The position numbers and the translations under genes are program-made. A stretch of 64,000 nucleotides of DNA, from IMG/VR virus record IMGVR_UViG_3300014204_000018, positions 1,561 through 65,560 of that record; one strand, written 5' to 3'. Position 1 is the first letter of the stretch, and every line of letters begins with the position of its first letter. The notes under the pieces are model-generated. The model searched no databases. It was not told the DNA's origin and saw nothing but the letters and a program-made list of their open reading frames with translations. Source of the DNA: a virus (taxonomy: Duplodnaviria; Caudoviricetes). This document shows positions 1 to 9,373 of the stretch, in pieces.

Positions 1-404
1 ATCCATTTGGCTTTAGGAAAAGCTTTATCCCACAAAGGCCAGAACAAACAAGCTTTTGCTCCTTTATAAAACCACTTCTGCCCAGCATATCCTTGCTTAT
101 CAATAACTGAAAATATTTTCTGCTTCCAGTTTTCTCCTTGCCTTTCTGAAAGCCCGAAAAACTTTGTTATATCAGGAAGAGGTTTTTGCCCCAAGGGGTC
201 AACACCTAAAGCCCGAAAATATGGTTTTACTACTCCATTTCTTATTTCCAAATTTTCAAACATTCCCTTCTTGTTGTTATCATTTGGCCCTGCAAGCTGA
301 CCACCCCAAGCACCGCATAGATGAACAATGCCAGCCGTCATGGAAGTGCCAGAACGAGCGCATCCGGTTATAAGAATAGGTTTTTCTTTAAATCCATTTG
401 CCAT
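1..404 (-). CDS. sulfotransferase-family protein (partial, runs off window start; absent from ORF track)
   Basis: Manual translation from ATG at 404: MANGFKEKPILITGCARSGTSMTAGIVHLCGAW...; GxxRSGTS is the 5'-phosphosulfate-binding loop of sulfotransferases; frame open to position 1. Confidence 0.75.
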   Translation of the reverse strand, partial: MANGFKEKPILITGCARSGTSMTAGIVHLCGAWGGQLAGPNDNNKKGMFENLEIRNGVVKPYFRALGVDPLGQKPLPDITKFFGLSERQGENWKQKIFSVIDKQGYAGQKWFYKGAKACLFWPLWDKAFPKAKW

Positions 405-1146
405 CCCAGTCTCCCTTCCTTGTAGCAGGATTTCCAAAATAAACACCAGGTTCTTCAATATCTTTTACTACTACAGAACCCATGCCGATTAAAACATTAT
501 CACAAATTTTTACCCTTCTAATTATGCTACCAACACAAAGGTAGCAGTTTTTTCCGACAATGGCAGAACCCGCTGTCATTGAACAATCAGTAATGATCGT
601 ACCTTCTCCGATAACACTATTATGACCAATCGAACAATGGCAACCGATTTTAACATTGTCTTCTACTATCGTCGAATCAAGCGAACCTCTTGCTATAGCT
701 GAATAAGCGCCGATATCTACGTTATTGCCGAGAACAACATTGCCGATATGCTTTAGCTTTACTACGTCCTTCCCACGCTTTGCATAAGTCATTCCTTCAA
801 TTCCAATTACTGCGGTAGAATGGATAGAACAATTTTCACCAACAATATTATCAACAGGATTTCTTCTCCTGTTTATATAATTATGAAAACGAATAAAGTC
901 ATATTCGGGATTCTCTGAACTAAAAATTGCTTTTATACTTCCTATATTACGCGCCGCCTGAGAATTAATTTCTTTGTCCTTGACATGAGTAAACACAACT
1001 ATTGTTCTACCACAAGACAAAGCCTTCCCAAACCAAAAGGGATTCTTTGCCAAAGCAGCATGATAGTCTTTAGGATTTGAAATAGAGCAAGTACCTTCTA
1101 TTCCCATCCCTTCTAATATTTCAAAAGACAATCCTTTACTTTCCAT
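388..1146 (-). CDS. hexapeptide-repeat (left-handed beta-helix) acyltransferase, LpxD-like
   Basis: Repeats such as VVLGNNVDIG, VKIGCHCSIGHNSVIGEGTII; C-terminal GNPA motif. Confidence 0.8.
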   Translation of the reverse strand: MESKGLSFEILEGMGIEGTCSISNPKDYHAALAKNPFWFGKALSCGRTIVVFTHVKDKEINSQAARNIGSIKAIFSSENPEYDFIRFHNYINRRRNPVDNIVGENCSIHSTAVIGIEGMTYAKRGKDVVKLKHIGNVVLGNNVDIGAYSAIARGSLDSTIVEDNVKIGCHCSIGHNSVIGEGTIITDCSMTAGSAIVGKNCYLCVGSIIRRVKICDNVLIGMGSVVVKDIEEPGVYFGNPATRKGDWDGKWI

Positions 1147-1828
1147 TGCTTACCTCTACTAATTTTTCAAACGGATGATGCCAAATACTTTCTTCGTTCC
1201 ATATCTTCTTTACCCATGCCGCCTTACATTGGTGCGGTCTTGGGTAGCCGTGGAATGCTACTATCTTTGCGTCTTCAGGCATTCCGTTTTTACCCCTGCA
1301 ATCATTTTTAAAAGATTTAAAACCATCAAAATAATCCTGAACCAATCGAACTTTCGTTCTACTTCTCGTAAGCATAGCGGTAGTATAACGCTGTTCTAAA
1401 CGATACTGCCGAGCGTGTTCAGGATATTTAAACTTCTTGTAAATCCATGACCAGTCGCCGTTCCATATCATAATTCCAGAACACCACTTCTCGCCGCGTC
1501 TTAACGCTGGCGGCTGCGGTCTTGTCATATAGAAAGTATCGCGAGGACACGTTATAGCGAGTTCTCCAAGGCGATCTATATTATTTACTATCAAGGTATC
1601 AAGTCCGGTTACAATCGTCGGCCCTGTCAATCTGAATAGCTCAATAACAGACCACCACCCCGGCCATTTCTTCAGTAGCGGTTTATAGCCCGGAACTCCT
1701 TCTATATCGGATAAGCAAACAAAGTCATAATTAATTGTCAAGTTCTTCTTGACCATCCGTTCAAGGCGTTCTACATAAGAAGCATCGTAATCGCCGCCAG
1801 ACCTTAAGACAACCGCGAATTTAACCAT
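1136..1828 (-). CDS. phage glycosyltransferase (GT-A/GT8-like)
   Basis: VLRSGGDYDASYVERL, PGWWSVIELF, LDTLIVNNID, SGIMIW, IVAFHGYPRPH motifs typical of phage GT8-like proteins. Confidence 0.7.
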   Translation of the reverse strand: MVKFAVVLRSGGDYDASYVERLERMVKKNLTINYDFVCLSDIEGVPGYKPLLKKWPGWWSVIELFRLTGPTIVTGLDTLIVNNIDRLGELAITCPRDTFYMTRPQPPALRRGEKWCSGIMIWNGDWSWIYKKFKYPEHARQYRLEQRYTTAMLTRSRTKVRLVQDYFDGFKSFKNDCRGKNGMPEDAKIVAFHGYPRPHQCKAAWVKKIWNEESIWHHPFEKLVEVSNGK

Positions 1829-2472
1829 AGCCCTAACTTCTCCTTTCTGTTCTTCTGCCCTGCATCGACAACAATTTTAAACCCATAAGCAGACATTGTT
1901 TTTTTAAACCAGGCCCAGCCTTTATCAAGAACGTGAGCGGAAGCACCACCTTTCCAGAAATAATCTTCTTCTTTAAGCGGAACCTCTACCAAAAAAGACT
2001 TTGTAAAAGAACTTGCCATCCTGATAATTTTTGATACCTGAGAATAATCAAGATGTTCAAGCGTATGGGAAGAAACAAAAACATCTACTTCATAAGAAAA
2101 ACACAAATTATAAAAATCAGTAGTAAGAGCGACCGGAGCAAATCTTGAATCGTCGCAAACGTTATTATCTATTGCCAAAGAACAAATATCAAAACCTAAC
2201 CAGTTTTCTATTCGTTGATTTTTTGATAGAACTTCTTTAGCAAGATAGCCTTCGCCGCATCCGAGTTCAACAACAGTACCTCTTTGTTTTCTAAGAATCT
2301 TTACAAGACGACTGCTATACCTCTTGACTGTTCTTGTATGACTTGTCACAAATTCATACCAAAGGTTATGGATACAAGCAAGATCATTAAAAGAATATCT
2401 TCCTGCGCGATAATTTTCGCGGTAGAAGTCCCAGTTCCTTTTCTTTACTTCGTCAAAAGTTTTCTGAATCAT
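1804..2472 (-). CDS. class I SAM-dependent methyltransferase
   Basis: VVELGCGEG motif I, GFDIC, SSHTLEHL. Confidence 0.8.
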   Translation of the reverse strand: MIQKTFDEVKKRNWDFYRENYRAGRYSFNDLACIHNLWYEFVTSHTRTVKRYSSRLVKILRKQRGTVVELGCGEGYLAKEVLSKNQRIENWLGFDICSLAIDNNVCDDSRFAPVALTTDFYNLCFSYEVDVFVSSHTLEHLDYSQVSKIIRMASSFTKSFLVEVPLKEEDYFWKGGASAHVLDKGWAWFKKTMSAYGFKIVVDAGQKNRKEKLGLWLNSRLS

Positions 2473-3062
2473 AACCTTTCCTCTTCGGGGACAATTCCTT
2501 TTTTAACAGCACAGCTTCCATACCAAATTTCGTTCTCTCCTACGTTCTTTGTAATCACGCAACCAGCGCCGATAACCGCGTTCTTTCCGACAACTACCCC
2601 AGGTAGAATCAACGCTCTTGCACCGATGCGACAAGCATCACCGATTACCGGGCCTTTTAAAACCTGATCCATAACATTATTTCTGAAGGCACTTATTCTT
2701 TTCTCATTTATAATTGTTACGCATGGCCCAAAGTAGCATCGACTTCCAATTTCAGCATATCCGGTTATATGGCATTGCGATTGAATCGTAGTTGCTTCTC
2801 CAATTTTTGTGAAGGCCTCAATTACTACGTTATGACCAATAACAGAATTTCTCTTGATATGAACATTATTACGAATGACCGTATTATGACCGATGAAAAC
2901 ATTATCTTCTATAACGCAATTTTCGTCAATAACAGAACCGCGACCAAGCGTAATGTTAGCGCCCAGTAAGGAAGCAACATGAACCATTGCAGTTCTATCT
3001 TTATTCCCGATCATACTACCACCAAAAATAAGCGGCGTATCTTCAAAAGAACGATACCTCAT
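2469..3062 (-). CDS. hexapeptide-repeat sugar N-acyltransferase (WbpD/WlbB-like)
   Basis: Long hexapeptide repeat; IGARALILPGVVVGKNAVIGAGCVITK. Confidence 0.8.
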   Translation of the reverse strand: MRYRSFEDTPLIFGGSMIGNKDRTAMVHVASLLGANITLGRGSVIDENCVIEDNVFIGHNTVIRNNVHIKRNSVIGHNVVIEAFTKIGEATTIQSQCHITGYAEIGSRCYFGPCVTIINEKRISAFRNNVMDQVLKGPVIGDACRIGARALILPGVVVGKNAVIGAGCVITKNVGENEIWYGSCAVKKGIVPEEERL

Positions 3063-3769
3063 ATTACTTCCTCCAGTCTTTTTTTTGGATATACATTCAA
3101 CGCACTTTCTAAAGAAGTATTTATTATTTCAACGCCAAGTTTTTGTGCGTCTTCTGCTATCAGTTTATGTACATTGATAAATCGCCTAAACGGGTCATGC
3201 TTAGATTCTTTGTGGGCATCGTGCCAGTTTTTGTCTTCCTTCTCTCCGATAAATTTCATATCAAATCCAAGTAGAACAATTTTCTTGACACCGAATAGTA
3301 CTGCTAAATTGATCGCGCTATTTCCAGAACAGGCGTTCCAGCATACTTGCGCGGGAGTAGTTACAATTCCTTGACTTTTAGGAATCCTTGCCCTTCTTAA
3401 CTTTTTCAGCCAAGGTTCTCCTTTTAGTTCCGCGTTCTCGTTACAAGTCATAACAAGACCGGGAAAATTAAAAAGTTCTTCTTGATGCCAGTTCCACCAT
3501 TTTAAATCACCGAACCAACAAACGTCTACCCAAGAACCAAACTTAAAGGCATTGTTTACGCCGATTACTTTCTTATCAAACAAACGCTCTTTGTAGTACT
3601 CCCCAAGTTCAAGATAAACCCTTTCATTATACCTTTCGTTATTTTCGTCTATTCTTCGGCCTTTTATGTTAGCATTAATTCGGACAGAAGGGCCACCACC
3701 AATTATATAAGCAGTTCCTCCTTCCCAAATTTTAGGTACAAGAAAGGGTCTATCCTGACTCTTTTTCAT
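3059..3769 (-). CDS. Maf/CstII-like (DUF115-type) putative CMP-sugar transferase
   Basis: IIGGGPS, VIGVNNA, SGNSAINLA, IVLLGFDM motifs shared with Maf/MptE-like and GT42-like folds. Confidence 0.55.
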   Translation of the reverse strand: MKKSQDRPFLVPKIWEGGTAYIIGGGPSVRINANIKGRRIDENNERYNERVYLELGEYYKERLFDKKVIGVNNAFKFGSWVDVCWFGDLKWWNWHQEELFNFPGLVMTCNENAELKGEPWLKKLRRARIPKSQGIVTTPAQVCWNACSGNSAINLAVLFGVKKIVLLGFDMKFIGEKEDKNWHDAHKESKHDPFRRFINVHKLIAEDAQKLGVEIINTSLESALNVYPKKRLEEVI

Positions 3770-4071
3770 ATTACATCACCTTCCTTTTCTTTGCCGATAA
3801 TGGCAAGTGCTTCCTTCTTAGAAACAAGTTTATCAGTCAACTTCTTCCCTGACACGGTATTTACAACTTCATACCGACCGCTTCCCTTGTGAACAAGTTT
3901 AAGGGTAGGCGGTTTCCGGCGAGCAATTTTCTTTTCCGGTTCCGTCTTTTCTCCAAGTACTTCAAGAGTAGTTAAAAAAGCTTCGGGAACATTATCTGCT
4001 TCAAATGAATCGCCGGGTACGTACTTCTCACCGTTTATTCTTAAAGTTCCTGTCTTAACGCGATACCGCAT
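3766..4071 (-). CDS. small head-associated hypothetical protein
   Basis: 101 aa ORF directly after the capsid gene with good RBS. Confidence 0.55.
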   Translation of the reverse strand: MRYRVKTGTLRINGEKYVPGDSFEADNVPEAFLTTLEVLGEKTEPEKKIARRKPPTLKLVHKGSGRYEVVNTVSGKKLTDKLVSKKEALAIIGKEKEGDVI

Positions 4072-4144
4072 TTTATCCTCCTTCTGGTTAAATTTTTTTA
4101 AATGAAAATAATATGGTTAATTATTCTTCTACTATTAAAACATA

Positions 4145-5206
4145 CTACTTCGTGCCGTGAATAAGACCGGCGCGGTTATTCTGATCGGCGCGGATTTGCG
4201 GAACCATGATCGTCATTACTTTGAAGTGTGTTCGCATTCCGCCTTCGGTCTGCCATTCTACTACGGAGATCGGCATACCCTGAACCAACCGGACAACATC
4301 GGAAGTCATTTGAACGAGAACCACGTTATCAGCAGTAATGGAATCTGCTACCCGAATATCCTGAATGCCGTCAATTTCGAGAATCCGCTGGCGAATCGTC
4401 TTGTCGCTATAGGACTTGAAGTCCTTATCAATCGCCGTCTCAAAATTGGTAGGAATGTAAAGCACCCACGGCCCGTAGAATCGGTCGTCGATGGACGCCT
4501 GCTTCATTCGGATTACGTCGTCAATGATTCTTTCGCCGGTAGCCCCAGCGGAGGAATCGTCGTCGTCCCAATGCGCGTTTAAGGTTACATTGTTCTTGTG
4601 CGGGAAGTCCAAGTAACCGTAAATCGTACCGCCGCCGAAGGTGTAAGTACCGGAACCGACAAGAAGAAGTTGCTCTGCCATTTCCGCTACCTTCCGTCCG
4701 GCGAGTTCTGCCATCGTGGTATCCAAAGGCGCTCCGGTAGTACGACTCGAAGCAAGAACTCGCGCATTAATGAAGAAGTCCTTATGGATAATCGGCAGGG
4801 GCAAGTAGTTAATATCGAACTCAGGGCGATCATTATTATCGCGAGTAATGCCGTCCATCGTCACGCTTGCCGCTTCCATATCGCTCATGTCCTCATATTC
4901 GAGAACAGTACTTCCCATGCCATTGGGAATGTTATAAACCAAACCACGGGACTGCAAATCGGCAACAGCGCGAAGGCGAGTTCTCGCCGCATTCAAAACC
5001 GCCGTGTCGTAGTGCTTCCATTCGTCTTTACGAAGGGTAGCATTCGCATTAATAGGAACAGCTTTCGGTTTTCCACCTTCGAGAACGGTCATATATGTTC
5101 TCCCGTCCTCTCCGATATAGGGCCGCAAAGCCATCGGGTTCATTCCGTTTGCAAGCAGCCTTTGTGCTACCGAACCACTCGCTTGTCCGTTTAAGATAAA
5201 ATCCAT
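4145..5206 (-). CDS. major capsid protein (HK97 fold, Linocin_M18/encapsulin-like family)
   Basis: 353 aa; position after protease/scaffold and decoration genes; LPLPIIHKDF and YGPWVLYIP motifs typical of this MCP family. Confidence 0.8.
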   Translation of the reverse strand: MDFILNGQASGSVAQRLLANGMNPMALRPYIGEDGRTYMTVLEGGKPKAVPINANATLRKDEWKHYDTAVLNAARTRLRAVADLQSRGLVYNIPNGMGSTVLEYEDMSDMEAASVTMDGITRDNNDRPEFDINYLPLPIIHKDFFINARVLASSRTTGAPLDTTMAELAGRKVAEMAEQLLLVGSGTYTFGGGTIYGYLDFPHKNNVTLNAHWDDDDSSAGATGERIIDDVIRMKQASIDDRFYGPWVLYIPTNFETAIDKDFKSYSDKTIRQRILEIDGIQDIRVADSITADNVVLVQMTSDVVRLVQGMPISVVEWQTEGGMRTHFKVMTIMVPQIRADQNNRAGLIHGTK

Positions 5207-5274
5207 TTTATACCTCCTGTTTTAAAAATTAAAAGTTAAAAAGAAGAACAACTTTCAGTTTTGGTTGTTAGTAG

Positions 5275-5763
5275 TTAAATAATTTCGATCTGAACAAGAC
5301 CATCCGGGTCAGCAGCAGAAGAACCAGTCATGTCAACAGTAGTCAATGCTACCCCGATAATCGGTTCTGCATAAATACTTTGCCGCTTGGCCGAAGAAGA
5401 ATCCAAAGATAAGGATTCCTTATCGGGCGTGTGCTTCTGAACATAACCGGAACCGGCGCTTTCAACAAAATCGCCCATCGTTACCTTCTGCCCATTCAAA
5501 ACCCGCATAAGAACAACATCGCCCCGACGCGGAGCAATGAAGAAAACACGAGTTGTGGTATCATAGGCTTCGGAAATTTCCTTCCCTTGATTCTCGTCTT
5601 CGATTGCTACCAGTTTTTGACAGTTGCCACCAGCCGTCGCATGAACCTTGACGGTCTTGGAAGCAGTCGTCCTTTCAAGAAGCATTCCGGGATAGATAGT
5701 TCCACTTGCAATCCCTTCCTTCTTTAAGGCATCGCTATCAAGAGTAATTGTTTTGTACGCCAT
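5275..5763 (-). CDS. capsid decoration/cement protein
   Basis: 162 aa beta-rich ORF between scaffold and MCP (IYPGMLL, GDFVESAGSG). Confidence 0.6.
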   Translation of the reverse strand: MAYKTITLDSDALKKEGIASGTIYPGMLLERTTASKTVKVHATAGGNCQKLVAIEDENQGKEISEAYDTTTRVFFIAPRRGDVVLMRVLNGQKVTMGDFVESAGSGYVQKHTPDKESLSLDSSSAKRQSIYAEPIIGVALTTVDMTGSSAADPDGLVQIEII

Positions 5764-5836
5764 TGTAAAACCTCCTTTGTTTAAAATTAAAAGTTATTTG
5801 TTTACTTTAAAAATCTCATTCAAGAAGAACTGGTTA

Positions 5837-7378
5837 CTATTTCTTGTCGTAGCTCATTTCGGGAATCGTCAACGGTTCTTCGTTTACTTCTCCGCTGTTA
5901 TCCTGAATGTTGGCTCCGGCGTTCCCGGAAAAGTCCTCCTTCGTACCCGTCAACCTGACGATACCTTCGAGCGCGTTAATATCCATTGCGCGAAGTTGTG
6001 CTTCGGAAAAGGAGTTGTTCTTATTTGCCATAATCGTTTTGACTGCTTCTTCTTTTTTCTTACGATACATGGCAAGGCCATTAGCCAGAACGTCTCGCAT
6101 TTCGCCGGGTGCGGTAGCAATAAATTCTTCGGGCGTTTTCACTTTCGGTTCTTCCTTCTGATTACCTTTCGGTTCCGGGGTCAGTTCTGCCGCGCCTTTC
6201 TCGGCGGCTTTCTGGAGGGCTTCAATCTTTTCTTTTTTCTCACGATTAGCCGATTCCATTTCCTCTACCTTTGCGAGAACTTCCTCTGACAAGCCAAGCA
6301 GCCAGGCTTCGTCCTCTTTTTTAAAAGTTGTTTTCTCGTTCGCAATCAACTCCTTCACCCGATCAGTGCAACATCCTTTTTTCTCCATGTTCTTTACCTC
6401 CTTGTTTTGTTTTGGGTTATAAGTTATCTTTTTCACTACTTCAGAAATTTCATCCGAAACAGAAATTTCTCCATTGTCATTAAAAGAAAAGTTTCTTTTA
6501 TAAAGCTTTGGTTGTCCTGTCGGCATCGGGATTGCTTCATAAATAAAATAGTCTTCATAAATATCCACAAGGTAGTGCATGTAGGAAGAAGAATCCAGTT
6601 TGTCAATCTCAGCCTGAACTTGCGACCGTATTTCGTTATAGCTTAACGATTCACAAATAAAGAACTTCTGAAGCAATGAAATCCCGTTTTCTATTTCTCC
6701 GCTTTCAACAAAAACTTTTCCATTGTTAACTTTGAAACTACTTAAATCAACATTCTTAAACTTCATGGTTTCACCTCCTTCCTTTTTATTTGCTCTGATA
6801 CCGCAGCCATCTGAAAAGCTGCAAGCGCCGATTGAACCAGGAAGTAGGGCCAAATGATCGGGCCGAACTTCAGATATTATCCTTTCATACTCCTCCTCAT
6901 TCCATAATCCATAAACCATTTCATCTTCGGAGAACAATCCCGTTGATACTTCTACTTGTGCTTTGTTTGATAACATAGCATACAGTTCAGGATAATGCAA
7001 CTTAATTTTTTGTTCATCAATCCAAACCTCGCCTTTTAATTTTGAATCAGTAAAGGTCACGTTAAACAAGCGCCCGACTGCTACTTTATGCAAAACATCG
7101 GGAGAATTAGCGCTGATCGGAAAGCCTTCTTCCGTAACCGGATGGCCGACCGTAATAGGAACGCCGTTCCAAGTAAACGGGAACTTCGCGAGTTGATTCG
7201 CCGGATAGTAGGTAGGAATCCCATCCATGCCACAATGAACTCCTTCTTTAAGAAGAACAACAGGAGCAATCAGGTAGTCCTTTCCGTCAAGGTTTCCTCT
7301 ACGCAAGGAATAGTTGTTCATCACCATGTTAACGCAGAACTGTGTTTCCGTCACCTTCTTATTTGATTTTATTTTCAT
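5837..7378 (-). CDS. DUF2213-like prohead protease/scaffold protein
   Basis: WNGVPITVGHP, EVSTG, PDHLALLPGSIGACSFSDGCG; charged helical C-terminal scaffold region. Confidence 0.75.
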   Translation of the reverse strand: MKIKSNKKVTETQFCVNMVMNNYSLRRGNLDGKDYLIAPVVLLKEGVHCGMDGIPTYYPANQLAKFPFTWNGVPITVGHPVTEEGFPISANSPDVLHKVAVGRLFNVTFTDSKLKGEVWIDEQKIKLHYPELYAMLSNKAQVEVSTGLFSEDEMVYGLWNEEEYERIISEVRPDHLALLPGSIGACSFSDGCGIRANKKEGGETMKFKNVDLSSFKVNNGKVFVESGEIENGISLLQKFFICESLSYNEIRSQVQAEIDKLDSSSYMHYLVDIYEDYFIYEAIPMPTGQPKLYKRNFSFNDNGEISVSDEISEVVKKITYNPKQNKEVKNMEKKGCCTDRVKELIANEKTTFKKEDEAWLLGLSEEVLAKVEEMESANREKKEKIEALQKAAEKGAAELTPEPKGNQKEEPKVKTPEEFIATAPGEMRDVLANGLAMYRKKKEEAVKTIMANKNNSFSEAQLRAMDINALEGIVRLTGTKEDFSGNAGANIQDNSGEVNEEPLTIPEMSYDKK

Positions 7379-7506
7379 TCATCCTCTCCTTCCTCGTCCG
7401 GTTCTATTTCGTCGGCAGGAACCGCATTACCTTCTTCGTCAACTAAAGTAATGGATTCAATCCAATCACTAAAATCTTTTTCTTCTTCTTTGGTTAATAT
7501 ACTCAT
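7375..7506 (-). CDS. 43-aa acidic peptide translationally coupled to MuF-TopoIB (absent from ORF track)
   Basis: MSILTKEEEKDFSDWIESITLVDEEGNAVPADEIEPDEEGEDE; ATGA overlaps with both neighbours. Confidence 0.6.
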   Translation of the reverse strand: MSILTKEEEKDFSDWIESITLVDEEGNAVPADEIEPDEEGEDE

Positions 7507-9371
7507 GGTAGCCCTCCAATTATTTCCCATACCATCGGGTCGATATATGCTGACTTTGCGACGGCTGGAGTATTCTTTAAAAAATTACTTACTGTCGTCG
7601 TTACTTCCTTCACAATTTTCTTTCTCTGCTTTTCGTCAAATATTATACCTTTATTATTATACTTTGATAATTCACGCTTGGCAATAGCTGTTCCATAATA
7701 TGTTCTAAAGTCCTTAATCGTGTACTTCTTGCCTGATACCTCTTGTAAGTAGGCATTCAACTTGTCGGAATTAACATCAGGAAAAAGACTATCTTTCTTC
7801 CCTGAATAAGTTTTCTTACGTTCTTCTAAGAACGTAGCTAAAGTTTTATTTCTTATAGTATAGCTGGCCGGAACCCCTTTCTTTGCAACGAAATTTAATT
7901 TTATCTTTTCTCCTTCTACCTTAACATGACGGTTCTGTAATGTTGTCAACCCGTATGCTATCTTCTTCGTTTTTCTTTTTGATACGTTTCCAATTCTTAT
8001 TGCTGTTTCATTTTCAATTCCAAGAAGGTACGCTCTGGGGTCTTTATTCTTAATACCTAAAGCAATCTTCTTCCTTATTTGTTCTATGTCACGATTAAAG
8101 GATTTTAACTTTTCAAATTTACGTTTAGAAGAACCTGCAATCCATTCTGCCGAATATCTATATTGCAGTTCTCCTGCTGCATCTTTTCCTATCGCTTGAA
8201 TCTTTGCTTTTATATCTTTAGAAATTACTACGTCTGTCCATGCTGGAGGAATAGCAAGATTTCTTATCCTTTGTTCTTCTGCTTTTGTTAACTGAACTTT
8301 TTTACCTTTGTAAAGGATTTCTCCTTTTGTATTTCTTACGTAGTCATTACATTCCTGCGGTTTATTTGCTATGATATTTGTTATTAATGAAGTAGTAAAA
8401 CAAGGCGTATAATCAAGCGCCGATTGCATTATACGTTCTTTTTCATATTGCTGCGATTCAGGTAGAATCGGTTCATCCATAATCGCCGGAATATAAGGAA
8501 GTAGAGAACATCTGCAATTTGGTTCTCCTAAAAGTTCTCTTGCTTCTTCCCGTTCATAAACTTTGGCATGTCTTTCTCTATGGGATGCGCGAACCCTTTC
8601 GTCCTGCGCCGTCCACCATTGAACTTGTACTTCGTCGCCGATAATACCTTCTGCCGATTCATACTCATTAAGTGCTGCCTGATTATGAGAATTAATTACT
8701 TCAGTTCTTGCAATTAAAGTTCCTCTTGCTTTTCCTATCTTGTCAATTCTATCAGTAAGGTTCTTCGCTATTTGCCTTGGGTGTTTTCCTTGTGACATAC
8801 CTAAAGCAAGTTCTCTTGACATTTGGGTTGACATAGCAGAAGTAACACCTTTTAAATCAGTAAAGACGCGAGAATAAATAAGTCCTACTCTATCAGCATG
8901 AAACGGTCTATTAAAAACCGCGCTTAGAGAATCACCGCTTGGCCCGAAGGTAGGAATATCTAATCCTGCCCTGCGAAGGTCTGATCTCGCTCGTACCATC
9001 CCTTTCTGGTACGCTGATTGAATATATGTATTACTCCAAGGTTCTGCTCCTGATACCGGGCCATAGGAAGTTTCAAGAACATTTTCATCTATTTGTTCTT
9101 GTAACCAATCCATGAACTGTTCCTTCTTCCTTGTTGACCATCGGTACTCGTAATCCTCTAAAGGAATTATATTCGGCATTTCTACCGATGTCTTTTTAAC
9201 AGGAGCCAGAAAGTTTTCTTCTACTATCTTTTTTCTGACGGCAATACTTATCTTATTGAAACGAGAAATCATATCCTTAGAAAACTGACTTCTAAGGGTA
9301 ATAGTTCTCGTAGGGTCTTTGTCCTTGCCTGTTAATGCAAGGTAGATAATATTTGTTTTTAGATTTTTCAT
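7503..9371 (-). CDS. MuF/SPP1 gp7-like minor head protein fused to a C-terminal DNA topoisomerase IB
   Basis: N-terminal: IARTE...WWTAQDERVRASH...EPNCRC (MuF). C-terminal: IPPAWTDV, QYRY, IRIGN, FVAKKG, KDFRTYYGT, NTPAVAKSAYIDP (bacterial-type TopoIB). Confidence 0.9.
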   Translation of the reverse strand: MKNLKTNIIYLALTGKDKDPTRTITLRSQFSKDMISRFNKISIAVRKKIVEENFLAPVKKTSVEMPNIIPLEDYEYRWSTRKKEQFMDWLQEQIDENVLETSYGPVSGAEPWSNTYIQSAYQKGMVRARSDLRRAGLDIPTFGPSGDSLSAVFNRPFHADRVGLIYSRVFTDLKGVTSAMSTQMSRELALGMSQGKHPRQIAKNLTDRIDKIGKARGTLIARTEVINSHNQAALNEYESAEGIIGDEVQVQWWTAQDERVRASHRERHAKVYEREEARELLGEPNCRCSLLPYIPAIMDEPILPESQQYEKERIMQSALDYTPCFTTSLITNIIANKPQECNDYVRNTKGEILYKGKKVQLTKAEEQRIRNLAIPPAWTDVVISKDIKAKIQAIGKDAAGELQYRYSAEWIAGSSKRKFEKLKSFNRDIEQIRKKIALGIKNKDPRAYLLGIENETAIRIGNVSKRKTKKIAYGLTTLQNRHVKVEGEKIKLNFVAKKGVPASYTIRNKTLATFLEERKKTYSGKKDSLFPDVNSDKLNAYLQEVSGKKYTIKDFRTYYGTAIAKRELSKYNNKGIIFDEKQRKKIVKEVTTTVSNFLKNTPAVAKSAYIDPMVWEIIGGLP

Positions 9372-9373
9372 TT

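Noticed and set aside
4145-5206. Encapsulin/bacteriocin nanocompartment
   Set aside because: Family resemblance only; the gene lies in a terminase-portal-protease head module, so it is the phage capsid
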